Of a DNA stretch of 64,000 nucleotides, positions 29,390 to 41,034 are shown piece by piece. The position numbers and the translations under genes were made by a program. Position 1 is the stretch's first letter; each line of letters opens with the position of its first letter. The notes beneath the pieces were generated by a model that was not told where the DNA came from, searched no databases, and saw only the letters and a list, made by a program, of their open reading frames with translations. This DNA is from an uncultured Candidatus Saccharibacteria bacterium (GTDB lineage: Bacteria; Patescibacteriota; Minisyncoccia; UBA6257; 1-14-0-10-44-23): assembly GCA_964549935.1 (NCBI GenBank), contig CAZJVT010000001.1:219922-283921 (forward strand), written 5' to 3'.

Positions 29390-29935
29390 ATGCTCGTTGT
29401 ATTTACCGGCAATGGAAAAGGGAAGACTACTGCGGCTCTTGGAGCCGCAGTGCGAGCCGTTGGCCGCGGTCAAAAAGTTTTAATGGTTCAGTTTATTAAA
29501 GGACCGTGGCAAAGTGGCGAGGATTTTTCTACGCAGCTTCTTACTGAAGAAGTTCTTATCAAGAGCAAGATTGGCAAGGGCGGGCTGACGTTTAAAAAAA
29601 TGGGACTGGGCTTTGTCGGCATCCTTGGTGATCAGTTGCCGTTTGAAGAACACGTGAAGGCGGCTAAGGCCGCGCTCGCATACGTTAAAGAGCAGCTCCC
29701 GAACTACACTATGGTGGTGATGGACGAGGTGAATGTCGCGGTGCAGCTTAACCTGATTACGGCCAAGGAGGTGCTTGAGGTAATAGCCGGAATAGAGGAT
29801 AGTAAGATTGTCGTTTTAACGGGTCGCGATGCGCCGCAGGAGTTTATCGATGCCGCAGATCTAGCGACAGAGATGCGAGAGATAAAGCACCCGTTTAACA
29901 GCGGCAAGTTAGGTAAATTAAATGTAGAATTTTAA
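29390..29935 (+). CDS. cobO: Cob(I)alamin adenosyltransferase CobA/CobO/BtuR
   Basis: TGNGKGKTTAALG, QFIKG, DEVN, LTGR, KHPF. Confidence 0.9.
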   Translation: MLVVFTGNGKGKTTAALGAAVRAVGRGQKVLMVQFIKGPWQSGEDFSTQLLTEEVLIKSKIGKGGLTFKKMGLGFVGILGDQLPFEEHVKAAKAALAYVKEQLPNYTMVVMDEVNVAVQLNLITAKEVLEVIAGIEDSKIVVLTGRDAPQEFIDAADLATEMREIKHPFNSGKLGKLNVEF

Positions 29936-29937
29936 AT

Positions 29938-30399
29938 ATGGTAGAAGGAGCCCCAAAGCCGGAACAAGAACGCCAGCCAAGCCCGCTCACTCTGATGCGG
30001 TTCGCTCATGTTGTGTCGGAACTAAAGAAAAGATATGCACCAGCCGAGCGTTTACCCGATAGTTTAATAGACCGTGAAGGCGCAGTAACGTATGAGGTGG
30101 AAGGAGAAAGGATAAAAGCTTTATCAGTTTTTTACGTAGAGAAGAAGCCTCTTGTTTCTATGGACGACGCTGCGAAAAATATTCAGAAGATAGTTGCCAG
30201 TGCTTCAGTGGATGAAAATTCTACTGAGACTTCTGAAAAAACCAGACACTTTTTTCTTCTGAGTGATGGTAGGATAGAGGAAAAAATTGCCTATATGAAA
30301 GCAGATGGCTCTTCAACTCCAGTGATTGTGTCCAGGGATATAACCGACGAGCAGCTTGATGATTTTATTGATAAAAAGTTAAAACCATTTTTAGAGTAG
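29938..30399 (+). CDS. Hypothetical protein (AT-richer)
   Basis: 153-aa ORF tightly packed in the operon. Confidence 0.6.
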   Translation: MVEGAPKPEQERQPSPLTLMRFAHVVSELKKRYAPAERLPDSLIDREGAVTYEVEGERIKALSVFYVEKKPLVSMDDAAKNIQKIVASASVDENSTETSEKTRHFFLLSDGRIEEKIAYMKADGSSTPVIVSRDITDEQLDDFIDKKLKPFLE

Positions 30400-30414
30400 C
30401 GCATACCTCCTCGC

Positions 30415-31041
30415 ATGATTCAAGCCTTTTTTATCATCGTTCTCATCTTCTCCGTCATCATCCACGAGATTTCACATGGCTATGTTGCGTTACTCTTGGG
30501 CGATACGACGGCGAAGGACGCCGGGCGACTAACGCTTAATCCGCTTAAGCATATCGACCTATTCGGTTCCATTTTATTTCCACTAATGATGGTTTTACTG
30601 AAGGGGCCGGTGTTTGGCTGGGCTAAACCGGTGCCGTATGACCCGCGTTATTTAAAAAATCCGAAGCGAGCCGCCGGACTTATCGCGCTGGCCGGACCGG
30701 GGAGTAACTTGGCAGTTGCAGTTATCTTCGCGATTGTCAGCAGAATTTTACTGGTGATGCCGGCCTCTAGTTTCTTAGATGTTTTATATGTTTTAGTCGT
30801 TGTCATTGTGCAGGTTAACGTCTCACTCGCAGTCTTTAATCTTTTACCGATTCCGCCGCTCGACGGGTCGGGGATTTTGTTCTCACTACTGCCACGTGGG
30901 CTTGAAAACTTGGAACGCTTTTTCCGCCAGTTCGGCTTTTTCATCCTAATTATCCTCATCTATTCGGGGCTTAACTTTTTAAACCCGATTATGAGTTTTT
31001 TGTATAAAATCCTGCTTGGACCGGGTTCGCCGCTGCTGTAG
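30415..31041 (+). CDS. Site-2 protease (M50)
   Basis: HEISH, AGPGSN, FNLLPIPPLDG. Confidence 0.92.
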   Translation: MIQAFFIIVLIFSVIIHEISHGYVALLLGDTTAKDAGRLTLNPLKHIDLFGSILFPLMMVLLKGPVFGWAKPVPYDPRYLKNPKRAAGLIALAGPGSNLAVAVIFAIVSRILLVMPASSFLDVLYVLVVVIVQVNVSLAVFNLLPIPPLDGSGILFSLLPRGLENLERFFRQFGFFILIILIYSGLNFLNPIMSFLYKILLGPGSPLL

Positions 31042-31091
31042 TTGCTTGGTCTCTCGCAGTTGTGGTAGCTTAATGGTCCAGGAGGTGTCCC

Positions 31092-31250
31092 TTGAGCGAT
31101 CATCTGTCCGAAGATGGGGAGTGTACGGAATGTGGCTCTCCCGATGTCTACATCAAGAAGTGCCCGCAGTGCGGGCAGGAGGTCGAGGCTGCTCATGACA
31201 GCGCCTGTTCGCATCACGAGCAGAAGCACCTCTGTCACGCCGCAGCGTGA
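31092..31250 (+). CDS. 52-aa Cys/His-rich zinc-finger microprotein (cassette-like)
   Basis: AGGAGG RBS + TTG; MSDHLSEDGECTECGSPDVYIKKCPQCGQEVEAAHDSACSHHEQKHLCHAAA; below the ORF-track cutoff. Confidence 0.65.
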   Translation: MSDHLSEDGECTECGSPDVYIKKCPQCGQEVEAAHDSACSHHEQKHLCHAAA

Positions 31251-31451
31251 CGAGTCCTATCGGTCTCCGGCGCGGTCTCCGCCCGGGGCCGCTGTCGTTA
31301 ATTGACAAATTGGCCATCTTTCTCTATATTTATCCCATCCGCTACAGCGGACATTTTGTTTACTTTTGCGGCGTGGATTAGATCCCCACGTGTCATGCTG
31401 ACAGCAAAAGAAGACAAAACTACATTTATATTGATTATTTTGCATTAAAAA

Positions 31452-31874
31452 ATGCCTACAATCCGTCAACTCGTTAAACGTGGCCGCAAGCCGCTTGCGA
31501 CAAAGTCAAAGTCGCCAGCGACCCAGCGCTACTTCAACTACATTCACAACAAGCCGAAGCAAATTCCGGCGCCGTTTAAGCGCGGTGTTTGTATTCAGGT
31601 AAAGACCATGACCCCGAAGAAGCCGAACTCAGCTATCCGTAAGATCGCTCGCGTTCGCTTAACGAACGGCATGGAAATCACCGCTTACATTCCAGGAGAA
31701 GGTCACAACTTGCAGGAGCACTCCGTCGTTATGGTTCGTGGCGGTCGTGTCAAAGACTTGCCGGGTGTTCGTTACCACGTCGTCCGCGGCGTGCTCGACA
31801 CCGCCGGTGTTGAAGATCGTCGTCAGCAGCGCAGTGCCTATGGTGCTAAGACACCGAAGGCCGCTAAAGAGTAA
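31452..31874 (+). CDS. rpsL: 30S ribosomal protein S12
   Basis: [28 protein letters not shown]. Confidence 0.98.
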   Translation: MPTIRQLVKRGRKPLATKSKSPATQRYFNYIHNKPKQIPAPFKRGVCIQVKTMTPKKPNSAIRKIARVRLTNGMEITAYIPGEGHNLQEHSVVMVRGGRVKDLPGVRYHVVRGVLDTAGVEDRRQQRSAYGAKTPKAAKE

Positions 31875-31897
31875 TAACGAATATTTGAAATTATTGT

Positions 31898-32365
31898 ATG
31901 CGAAAAAAGCGTAACTATAAGCGCGACCGCACCCCGGACTTAAAGTACGGTTCTGTTGCTATTGCCCGTTTGATTAACTCCGTCATGTATGACGGTAAGA
32001 AGTCAGTTGCAGAAAAGGTTGTCTATGACGCCTTTGATATCGTTGCCGAGAAGACCAAGCAGGATGCTATGACGGTCTTTAATTTGGCTATGGAAAACGC
32101 CCAGCCGCTCGTTGAGACTTCAGCGAAGCGTGTCGGTGGTGCTAACTACCAGGTTCCTCGCGAAGTTCGCCCGGAGCGCAAGTTCCTTCTCGCGACTCGT
32201 TGGATTATCGGTGCCGCCCGCGCTAAGAAGGGTAAGGATATGGCCGAGCGTTTGGCTGAAGAGATTATTCTCGCCAGCAAAAACGAAGGTAACGCTATCA
32301 AGAAGAAACAGGACGTTCACCGTATGGCGGAAGCCAACCGAGCATTTGCACATTTTTCTTGGTAG
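31898..32365 (+). CDS. rpsG: 30S ribosomal protein S7
   Basis: RVGGANYQVP, HRMAEANRAFAH. Confidence 0.98.
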   Translation: MRKKRNYKRDRTPDLKYGSVAIARLINSVMYDGKKSVAEKVVYDAFDIVAEKTKQDAMTVFNLAMENAQPLVETSAKRVGGANYQVPREVRPERKFLLATRWIIGAARAKKGKDMAERLAEEIILASKNEGNAIKKKQDVHRMAEANRAFAHFSW

Positions 32366-32484
32366 AAAAATGGCAAGTCGATTCTCAATTTCTAATTTTT
32401 AATTTACAATTGGGAATAGGTAAGCGGAGATTCGCTAGCGTTTCTCATTGAAAATTGTAAATTCCAAAATTGTAAATTAATTCC

Positions 32485-34608
32485 ATGTCTAGACAATATC
32501 CGTTAGAGAGAACTCGTAACTTTGGAATCGTCGCCCACATCGATGCGGGTAAGACGACCACGTCGGAGCGCGTTTTGTACTACACCGGTGTTTCTCACAA
32601 AATCGGTGAGGTGCACGAAGGTGATACCGTCATGGACTGGATGGAGCAGGAGCGCGAGCGTGGTATCACGATTACCTCGGCTGCGACGACCGCCTTCTGG
32701 GTCCCGACCTATGTCTCGAAAGAGGACAAGGCCAAAAACAAAGACGCCAATACCTACCGCTTCAATCTTATTGATACGCCGGGGCACATAGACTTTACCG
32801 TCGAGGTTAAGCGTTCTTTGCGCGTGCTCGATGGCGCCGTCGTCGTGTTCGATGGAGTTTCCGGCGTTGAGCCGCAGTCTGAAACCAACTGGCGTTACGC
32901 TGACGAATACAACGTTCCGCGTATTTGCTTTATTAACAAGCTCGATCGTATGGGTGCCAGCTTTGAAAAGAGCTTGCAGTCAATCGTCGACCGCTTGAAC
33001 CCAAACGCTATCGCTGCGCAGCTTCCGATCGGTTCAGAAGGCGGCTTTAGTGGTCTCATCGATTTGCTTACTCAAAAGGCCTACGCCTTTGAAGGTGATA
33101 AGGGAGAGAACATCAAAGAGATTCCAATTCCGGCGGACATGGCCGATGAGGTCAAGAAGCGCCACCACCAGCTCGTGGAAAAAATTGTTGAAAACGATGA
33201 CGTGCTGATGTCGAGCTACCTCGAAGGCAAAGTGCCTTCACTCGCGGAACTCAAGAAGGTTCTCCGTAAGGCTGTTCTCGCCGTTAAAATAATCCCGGTC
33301 TACACCGGTTCCGCTCTTAAGAACAAGGGAGTTCAGTTTGTACTCGACGCCGTCGTCGACTACTTGCCGAGCCCGCTCGACCTGCCGCCGGTTAAGGGTA
33401 TCGACCCGCACACCAACGCCGAGGTATTCCGTAAGCCTTCAGACGCCGAGCCGTTTACCGCGCTCGCGTTTAAGATTATGACGGATCCGTTCGTGGGTTC
33501 CTTAACCTTCTTCCGTGTGTACGCCGGTAGCTTGAAGCGCGGTAGCTACGTGTACAACTCGACGAAAGGTGAGATGGAGCGCGTTGGACGTATTTTGCGT
33601 ATGCACGCAAACGACCGTGAAGAAATCGAAGAGATTAACGCCGGTGATATCGGTGCCTTAGTCGGTATGAAAGACACGACGACCGGTGACACGCTCTGTG
33701 ACGAGCCGACCGCCGTTGTCCTTGAAAAGATCTCCTTCCCTGAACCGGTTATCTCTATCCGCGTTGAGCCGAAGACTAAAGCTGACCAGGAAAAGATGGG
33801 TATGGCGCTCCGCCGTCTTGCAGACGAGGATCCGACCTTCCGTGTTTCCGGTAATGCTGAAACGGGTGAGACGATTATCGCCGGTATGGGTGAGCTCCAC
33901 TTAGAAGTTCTCGTTGAGCGTATGCGCCGCGAGTTTAGCGTTGAGACAACGACCGGCCGTCCGCAGGTTTCATATAAGGAAACGATTTCCAAGAAGGCCG
34001 AAGCCGAAGGTAAGTACATCAAGCAGTCTGGAGGTCGTGGTCAGTACGGTCACGTCAAACTTCGTATCGAGCCGCTCGAGCGCGGCAAGGGCTTTGAGTT
34101 CGTCAACGAAATCAAAGGAGGTTCAATTCCGAAGGAGTTTATCGCTCCGGTTGAAAAGGGTATCGAGGAGGCTCTCACTCGCGGTATTCAGGCCGGGTAC
34201 CGAGTTATCGACGTCCGCGTCGAGCTCTACGACGGTAGCTACCACGAAGTTGACTCTTCGGAAGCCGCTTTCAAAATCGCTGCTTCAATGGGTTTCCAGG
34301 AGGCTTGTAAGATGGCTGCGCCGATTATCCTTGAGCCGATTATGAAGGTCCAGGTTATCGTCCCGACTGAATACATGGGTGACATCACCGGTGACATCAG
34401 CTCGAAGCGTGGCCGCATCGATGGCATGGGTGACCGTCCGATGGTTAAGGTTATCGACGCCTTCGTACCACTTTCCGAAATGTTCGGTTACGCGACCAAG
34501 CTTCGTTCGATGACACAGGGCCGTGGTAACTTCACGATGGAGTTCTACGCCTACGAGCCGGCTCCGGGCAACGTGACGAAGGAGATCATTGAGGGCAAGA
34601 GACAGTAA
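32485..34608 (+). CDS. fusA: Elongation factor G
   Basis: [29 protein letters not shown]. Confidence 0.98.
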   Translation: MSRQYPLERTRNFGIVAHIDAGKTTTSERVLYYTGVSHKIGEVHEGDTVMDWMEQERERGITITSAATTAFWVPTYVSKEDKAKNKDANTYRFNLIDTPGHIDFTVEVKRSLRVLDGAVVVFDGVSGVEPQSETNWRYADEYNVPRICFINKLDRMGASFEKSLQSIVDRLNPNAIAAQLPIGSEGGFSGLIDLLTQKAYAFEGDKGENIKEIPIPADMADEVKKRHHQLVEKIVENDDVLMSSYLEGKVPSLAELKKVLRKAVLAVKIIPVYTGSALKNKGVQFVLDAVVDYLPSPLDLPPVKGIDPHTNAEVFRKPSDAEPFTALAFKIMTDPFVGSLTFFRVYAGSLKRGSYVYNSTKGEMERVGRILRMHANDREEIEEINAGDIGALVGMKDTTTGDTLCDEPTAVVLEKISFPEPVISIRVEPKTKADQEKMGMALRRLADEDPTFRVSGNAETGETIIAGMGELHLEVLVERMRREFSVETTTGRPQVSYKETISKKAEAEGKYIKQSGGRGQYGHVKLRIEPLERGKGFEFVNEIKGGSIPKEFIAPVEKGIEEALTRGIQAGYRVIDVRVELYDGSYHEVDSSEAAFKIAASMGFQEACKMAAPIILEPIMKVQVIVPTEYMGDITGDISSKRGRIDGMGDRPMVKVIDAFVPLSEMFGYATKLRSMTQGRGNFTMEFYAYEPAPGNVTKEIIEGKRQ

Positions 34609-34813
34609 GAATAGTAGACAGTAGTTAGTAGATAGTAGACAGGGGATTTTAGCCGGGCGCGACATCTTGTCGCGCCCGGCTTTGTCCAAGGAGTCAAACT
34701 CGGCTCAAAGTTTTTACAAACACTATTCGTATGAATAGTAGTGTTAATTCAGTATTTTATATTTTCAGAAAAGTTTAGCGCAGCAGCGCAAACGCCGAGT
34801 TTGTACTACGGGA

Positions 34814-34875
34814 TTGCTTTTCTTTTTTCGAAAGAGTAGATTCTGTTGTGTCTGCGCGTGTCGTGGACAAGGAGG
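34814..34875 (+). repeat. Promoter-leader-RBS module, copy 1 (copy 2 at 35419-35481)
   Basis: TTGCTT-N17-TAGATT..gttgtgtctgcgcgtgtcg..caaggagg near-identical in both copies. Confidence 0.85.
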
Positions 34876-34882
34876 AGATACG

Positions 34883-35353
34883 TTGGCGTACAAAGAGCTG
34901 CCTGTCGAGAAGGGAAGGAAGTACCTGCCGCACATCTGGAACCTGTTCTTCAAGCCGCTCGACGAACCCGACTTTTTCGTCGAACCGTGGCGCAACTGCG
35001 AGCTCGGTGATTGTGCCGAGTTTCGCGAAGACGAAGTATCGTTCTTCGTGCTCGATGCAGAGCTGGTTGCCTTCCTCGATGGCGCGAGGGAAGGGCTGCA
35101 CCTCTTCGGTGCCTACAACCAGGTCAACGTCTGCCAGATGCGAGCCCGCGGCACCGTATCACGGGTGGATGATCCGGCCGAAATCGCACGGGTCAAGAAG
35201 AGCAGGCGGGCCAGCATCACGAAGCGAGTCGGCAAGACGGTCGATGGTCTCAGAGAGGAAGAGGCGGATGCGCGACGTGTCATCATCGACAGTGGCACCC
35301 TCTTCCGCTTCTCCGTCACCTCCTACGCGCACAAGATGTACGAACGGGGGTAG
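34883..35353 (+). CDS. Orphan protein, possibly split-barrel/PNPO-like (cassette 1)
   Basis: AAGGAGG RBS + TTG, TAG stop; RARGTVSRVDDPAE weakly resembles FMN split-barrel proteins. Confidence 0.6.
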   Translation: MAYKELPVEKGRKYLPHIWNLFFKPLDEPDFFVEPWRNCELGDCAEFREDEVSFFVLDAELVAFLDGAREGLHLFGAYNQVNVCQMRARGTVSRVDDPAEIARVKKSRRASITKRVGKTVDGLREEEADARRVIIDSGTLFRFSVTSYAHKMYERG

Positions 35354-35361
35354 CAGCAACT

Positions 35362-35406
35362 GGGCCGTAGGCCGACCGTGGAGGTCGCCCTGCGGCCCTC
35401 ACGTTT
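35362..35406 (+). repeat. 45-bp 3' hairpin module, copy 1 (identical copy at 35992-36036)
   Basis: gggccgtaggccgaccgtggaggtcgccctgcggccctcacgttt occurs twice. Confidence 0.9.
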
Positions 35407-35486
35407 TAATATTTAAGTTTGCTTTTCTTTTTTCAAAAGAGTAGATTCTGGTTGTGTCTGCGCGTGTCGCGGGCAAGGAGGAATCG

Positions 35487-35987
35487 ATGAATCACAAGAC
35501 GTATCTCGGGTGGGTCTCGCGACTGCGCGGGTTCGCTCTGCGCAGGCCGATCGACAGGGATGACCTCAAGGACGTCCTGGAGTATCTGGCGAAGCAGCTT
35601 CCGGAGCACGAGGAGAAGATCGCGCGCGCCGAGGCGAAGACCCAGGAGTTCGAGTTCGGAGGGCAGTGCTTTGTCCCCCTCGAGCGGGACGACAGGACGG
35701 GTGTCATCGTCCTGGAGTACGCCTACGGCAATGTCTGGTCGCCTCTTCACCGGCATGGGCGGTCAACCGATCCGAGTGAGCCGGGCGAGATCGTCGACAC
35801 CTACGACGGACTTCTGCTCGACCGCCACGCCAATGGCAGCGTGATCACTCATCGTGTCGGCGACCCTTCGATCGTTCATCTGCCCGGGAGCATTCATCAG
35901 CCGCTCATCTACGGCGGATGGGTCGGGAGCTTCTGGCATCCTGTCCGAGCGGAGGACCTCGACCTCGAGAAGCTGCTCGGGGTGTAG
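35487..35987 (+). CDS. Cupin-like orphan protein (cassette 2)
   Basis: AAGGAGG RBS; SPLHRHG...GEIV and HLPGSIHQP resemble cupin motifs 1 and 2; TAG stop. Confidence 0.65.
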   Translation: MNHKTYLGWVSRLRGFALRRPIDRDDLKDVLEYLAKQLPEHEEKIARAEAKTQEFEFGGQCFVPLERDDRTGVIVLEYAYGNVWSPLHRHGRSTDPSEPGEIVDTYDGLLLDRHANGSVITHRVGDPSIVHLPGSIHQPLIYGGWVGSFWHPVRAEDLDLEKLLGV

Positions 35988-36075
35988 CACCGGGCCGTAG
36001 GCCGACCGTGGAGGTCGCCCTGCGGCCCTCACGTTTCAGTTTGCTTTTGCGAATTTTCAGCGCTACACTTTCTGT

Positions 36076-36438
36076 ATGAACTTATTTTCTTTGGCTCACG
36101 CGGCTACGAGCACTTGTACGGTAAATGGTGATCCGGTTGACTGCGCGCAACTTGGCAATGCAGTAAAAGGATTCGCTGCGTTTGCTTTTATTATCCCGGC
36201 GATTTTTGGAATCGTTGGTCTCGCCCTGTTTGTCTTCTGGATTATGATGCTCGTCCATGTTGCGAAGCATCCCATCAAAGATAAAGCCCTTTGGGTTATT
36301 GTCCTTTTAGTCGGTAACGGCGTCGGTGCCATTGTATATTATTTTGCAGTTAAGCGTCATTATGACGCCATGCAAGTAGCGCCTGGGAACGTGCCGCCGA
36401 CAGCCCCGATTCCGCCGTCCGCACCTCCAGCTATTTAA
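36076..36438 (+). CDS. Membrane protein with PLDc N-terminal-like domain
   Basis: FWIMMLVH...KALWVIVLL..GAIVYYF. Confidence 0.75.
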   Translation: MNLFSLAHAATSTCTVNGDPVDCAQLGNAVKGFAAFAFIIPAIFGIVGLALFVFWIMMLVHVAKHPIKDKALWVIVLLVGNGVGAIVYYFAVKRHYDAMQVAPGNVPPTAPIPPSAPPAI

Positions 36439-36552
36439 GAGAAGGAGGGGGATTGACAATTTTTCGGCTGTACGTATAATTACGGGACATTTAGAACCCG
36501 CTCGGCGGGTTTGCATTTATTAATAAAACTAAATAATTTTTAAGTAACGCAT

Positions 36553-37755
<1,203 letters not shown>

Positions 37756-37784
37756 TCTCTGCTGTTTAGCGAGATCCTTACCAT

Positions 37785-38138
37785 ATGACTGTTGCTGCAC
37801 CAAAAAAGACTGTGAAGGCCGCGGAGGTTACGAAAGAGAAGCTCCGTCTGCGCATCAAAGCGTACGACACCAAGCTTATCGACTCGTCCTGCCGTCAGAT
37901 TATTGAAGCCGCCAAGAAGCATGAGGCGACTGTCGTCGGCCCGATTCCTCTTCCGACTGAATTTAAGAAGTTCACAGTGAACCGCTCAACGTTCATCGAC
38001 AAGAACTCTCGCGAACAGTTCGAACTCCGTATCCACAAGCGCTTGATTGATATTTTGCACCCAACCCAGCAGATCATTAGCTCGCTCTCGAGCTTGAACC
38101 TGCCGGCCGGAGTAGATATCGAGATCAAGATGGTTTAA
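37785..38138 (+). CDS. rpsJ: 30S ribosomal protein S10
   Basis: [22 protein letters not shown]. Confidence 0.97.
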   Translation: MTVAAPKKTVKAAEVTKEKLRLRIKAYDTKLIDSSCRQIIEAAKKHEATVVGPIPLPTEFKKFTVNRSTFIDKNSREQFELRIHKRLIDILHPTQQIISSLSSLNLPAGVDIEIKMV

Positions 38139-38157
38139 GGAGAATGATTGTATCTAG

Positions 38158-38242
38158 CAAAAGCCGCCGAAAGGCGGCTTTTGCGTTTTTGGCTCTCACG
38201 GCTCAACGGCGTACCGTTGAGCCGTTGAGGTTAGAAAGGCCT
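38158..38242 (+). repeat. ~85-bp direct repeat (terminator + palindrome), copy 1; copy 2 at 41751-41835
   Basis: caaaagccgcc-N4-ggcggcttttg..gctctcacggctcaacgg-N4-ccgttgagccgttg..aaggcct. Confidence 0.85.
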
Positions 38243-38339
38243 TCGTAGAGGCGTTTTTCTTTTGACCAGACGGTCAAAAAAGGATAATATCAAGGGATAA
38301 CACCAGGCCTGAGGCCCGGTCCAATTAACCCTTATTAGT

Positions 38340-40937
38340 ATGCGTACAAACTTCAAGAAACTGATCGCGGTTTTAGTCATTAGTTTATTTGTAAGCGGGG
38401 TAGGGCAGGCTCCTGTTGCCAAGGCAACGACTTTGGCGGAGCTCCAGGCACAGCTCAACGCCTTGATCGCTCAGCTTGCGCAGATGCAGGCGGCGCAGAG
38501 CGGCAATCAAAACAGCCAGGGTAATTCCGGCAACAGTTACCGAGGCAACAGCAGCAACGGCTGCAGTTTCTCGCGTACTATTCGCATCGGTTCGATAGGT
38601 TCGGACGTGACTTGTTTGCAGGGAGTTTTAATTGAATCAGGATACTTAAAAGCGTCAGCGACGGGCTACTTTGGCGCACTCTCAAGTGCTGCCGTTCGTC
38701 AGTGGCAGGTGGAGCACGAGCTCGCTTCAACTGGTGTCTGGGGCAGTGCCGAGCGTACAGCGTATGCAGCTACTTTTGATAACGACACCAACGACGACAA
38801 CGACAATAATGGCAGTGGCTCAAACAGCAACTCCGGTAGCGGACAGATGTGTGCGCAGGTGATGCGTCAGTGCTGGAACGGTACCTATGTCGGTTACCGC
38901 CCGGGCACCTGCACCTACTACGACTGTCCGGCGTACGTCCCACCAACTACGACTCCAGCGCCGCCAAGCAGTTGGTCAGAAAGCGGTACTTTGCGCATCG
39001 CCTTGGATTCTACGAGCGTTCCAAGTTCCGTGGTACCGGGTTCTGTTGGCAATCAGGTTCTGCGTATCGTTGCAACTCCAATTTCGGGAAGCGCGCGCCT
39101 AACTGACCTGACGGTCACAGATACGATTAGCGGCGGATCCAATAATCTTTCTTCGTTCCAAAATTTCACGCTCTGGGGCGGAGTTGGCGATAGCCAGGTT
39201 GCTGGCCCTATTGCCATGACAATGAACGGCGTCAGTAATGGCACAATTAGTTTTAATCTGGCTGGGTCGGGATTACTACTGCTCGCTGGTAACAATTACA
39301 CGCTAACTATTAAAGCAGATGTTGCTACTACTAGCTCTGGTGCAGTTGCGGTTGGCTCATCGCATGTTTTCAGCGTAGCAAACTCCGGTCCAATCGCGTT
39401 TGCTACAAACGGCGTGACGAACGGTGGGCGCGACATAATCATTGGTTCAGTCGTTGGTAGCTCCATATATATCAGCAGCGGTACCAGTCAGAACGTAGCC
39501 CCGTCTGCAAGTATCAACGCAGCTTCGGGCTTCGCTAATCCAACGGTTGTCGCAGGGACAAACAATCAGCGTGTCGCGTCTTTCGTAATCACCGCTTCAA
39601 CTGCTCAAGCTATTCAAGTAGGTAGTTTGACCTTCTCTAAAACGGGTAGCGGGATTGCTCTCCAGAATCTTAAGGTGATGATTGGTGGTACCCAATTCGG
39701 GAATACGATTGCGACGGTTGGCGCAAATGTGAGCGCAGCAAGCTTCTCTAGCTACGCACCGATTTCAGTAAATGCGGGCGGTTCGCAGACCGTTGATGTG
39801 TATGCTGATGTGCTTTCGAGCGCAACTGCCGGTACCTACTATTCAGTTATTAGTTTGGTTAACTGGCAGGCAGGGGGAACAATCAGCGGTTCTGCGCTTG
39901 CTTTCCCCGGAACTGTCAGTGGTCAGAATGTTACGGTGACCGCCCAGACCGCCAGCGCACCGGGACACCTCACGCTCACGCTTGACTCGAGTACGCCGCC
40001 GGCCAAGTCGGTGGTCATGGGTTCAACTAACAACGAGGTTGCCCGCTTCCGATTCTACGCGGACAACAATGACGACTTGCGTATCACCGACCTCGTTATC
40101 AAAGATACGATTTCCGGTGGTGCGACAGGACTTGCCTCGTTCGAAAGTATGACGCTCTGGGATGGCAACACCCAGGTTGCCGGGCCGATTACGCCGACCA
40201 GCAACAGCGCAAGTTTGGCGACGATTAGCTTCTCTTTGAGCGGTAGCGGCGTCATCGTATCCCGCAACACTGCAAAGACGCTGACGCTCAAAGGGACTGT
40301 TTCGACCTTTACCTCGGGCGGTGCAGTTTCTAACTCCCAGCACGTGTTTTCGATTAATGCGAATAGTGATATTACCGTTCGCGGTGTAAATTATTCCGCC
40401 ACGCCCGTCACCGTTACCGGTGCTCCGGTTTCAGGTTACTCGATGAAGGTGCTTCGAACCTCGCAGGGAGTAACAGCTTCAGTGATTGGCTCAAGCAGCA
40501 GCCGCGTTCGCACCGCAGTGGACGATGTCGCTACGCTCAACATCACGGCTGACAGTGCCTACCAGGTTGCGCTTCAGGTGGTTAAGCTCTATATGACCGG
40601 TGGTGCGCTTGCGAATGTCTCCGGTGTTACCGTGGACTTAATCGACAGCAATACCAACACCCCGATTGGCAGCGCGACAGCGCAGACCTGCAACGCGGTT
40701 AATGCCGGCTGCACCCTGACCTTCAGCCCGAACTTTACGATTAGTGCCGGTACGACCAAGCAGATGAAGATCCGCATCAACTCCTCGTCGTTTACTAATA
40801 GCGGCGGCGCTGATGGGTTGCAGATACTGCTTAATACAACCGATGCTATCCAGATCGGCGACGGTACGGCGAACAATATCCCAGCCCTTGATTCAACGGC
40901 GGTTCCATTTATGGTCGCGCAGATTTCGTACGAATAA
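38340..40937 (+). CDS. Secreted peptidoglycan-binding-domain surface protein (S-layer-like beta repeats)
   Basis: Signal peptide; ELQAQLNALIAQL; GSIGSDVTCLQ..L..GYFG..AAVRQWQ; Ser/Thr-rich repeats. Confidence 0.8.
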   Translation: MRTNFKKLIAVLVISLFVSGVGQAPVAKATTLAELQAQLNALIAQLAQMQAAQSGNQNSQGNSGNSYRGNSSNGCSFSRTIRIGSIGSDVTCLQGVLIESGYLKASATGYFGALSSAAVRQWQVEHELASTGVWGSAERTAYAATFDNDTNDDNDNNGSGSNSNSGSGQMCAQVMRQCWNGTYVGYRPGTCTYYDCPAYVPPTTTPAPPSSWSESGTLRIALDSTSVPSSVVPGSVGNQVLRIVATPISGSARLTDLTVTDTISGGSNNLSSFQNFTLWGGVGDSQVAGPIAMTMNGVSNGTISFNLAGSGLLLLAGNNYTLTIKADVATTSSGAVAVGSSHVFSVANSGPIAFATNGVTNGGRDIIIGSVVGSSIYISSGTSQNVAPSASINAASGFANPTVVAGTNNQRVASFVITASTAQAIQVGSLTFSKTGSGIALQNLKVMIGGTQFGNTIATVGANVSAASFSSYAPISVNAGGSQTVDVYADVLSSATAGTYYSVISLVNWQAGGTISGSALAFPGTVSGQNVTVTAQTASAPGHLTLTLDSSTPPAKSVVMGSTNNEVARFRFYADNNDDLRITDLVIKDTISGGATGLASFESMTLWDGNTQVAGPITPTSNSASLATISFSLSGSGVIVSRNTAKTLTLKGTVSTFTSGGAVSNSQHVFSINANSDITVRGVNYSATPVTVTGAPVSGYSMKVLRTSQGVTASVIGSSSSRVRTAVDDVATLNITADSAYQVALQVVKLYMTGGALANVSGVTVDLIDSNTNTPIGSATAQTCNAVNAGCTLTFSPNFTISAGTTKQMKIRINSSSFTNSGGADGLQILLNTTDAIQIGDGTANNIPALDSTAVPFMVAQISYE

Positions 40938-41034
40938 GAGGGTAGCCAGCGAGATCCACAAAAGCCGCCGCCGGGCGGCTTTTGGGTTTTTGGCGCACTC
41001 CTGGTATAGTTTTAGTAATAACCTTTAAATTAAT

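Noticed and set aside
34814-36045. CRISPR array or classical integron
   Set aside because: Only two repeat copies, separated by whole genes. No GTTRRRY/RYYYAAC attC ends were seen, and no cas or intI gene is in the window.
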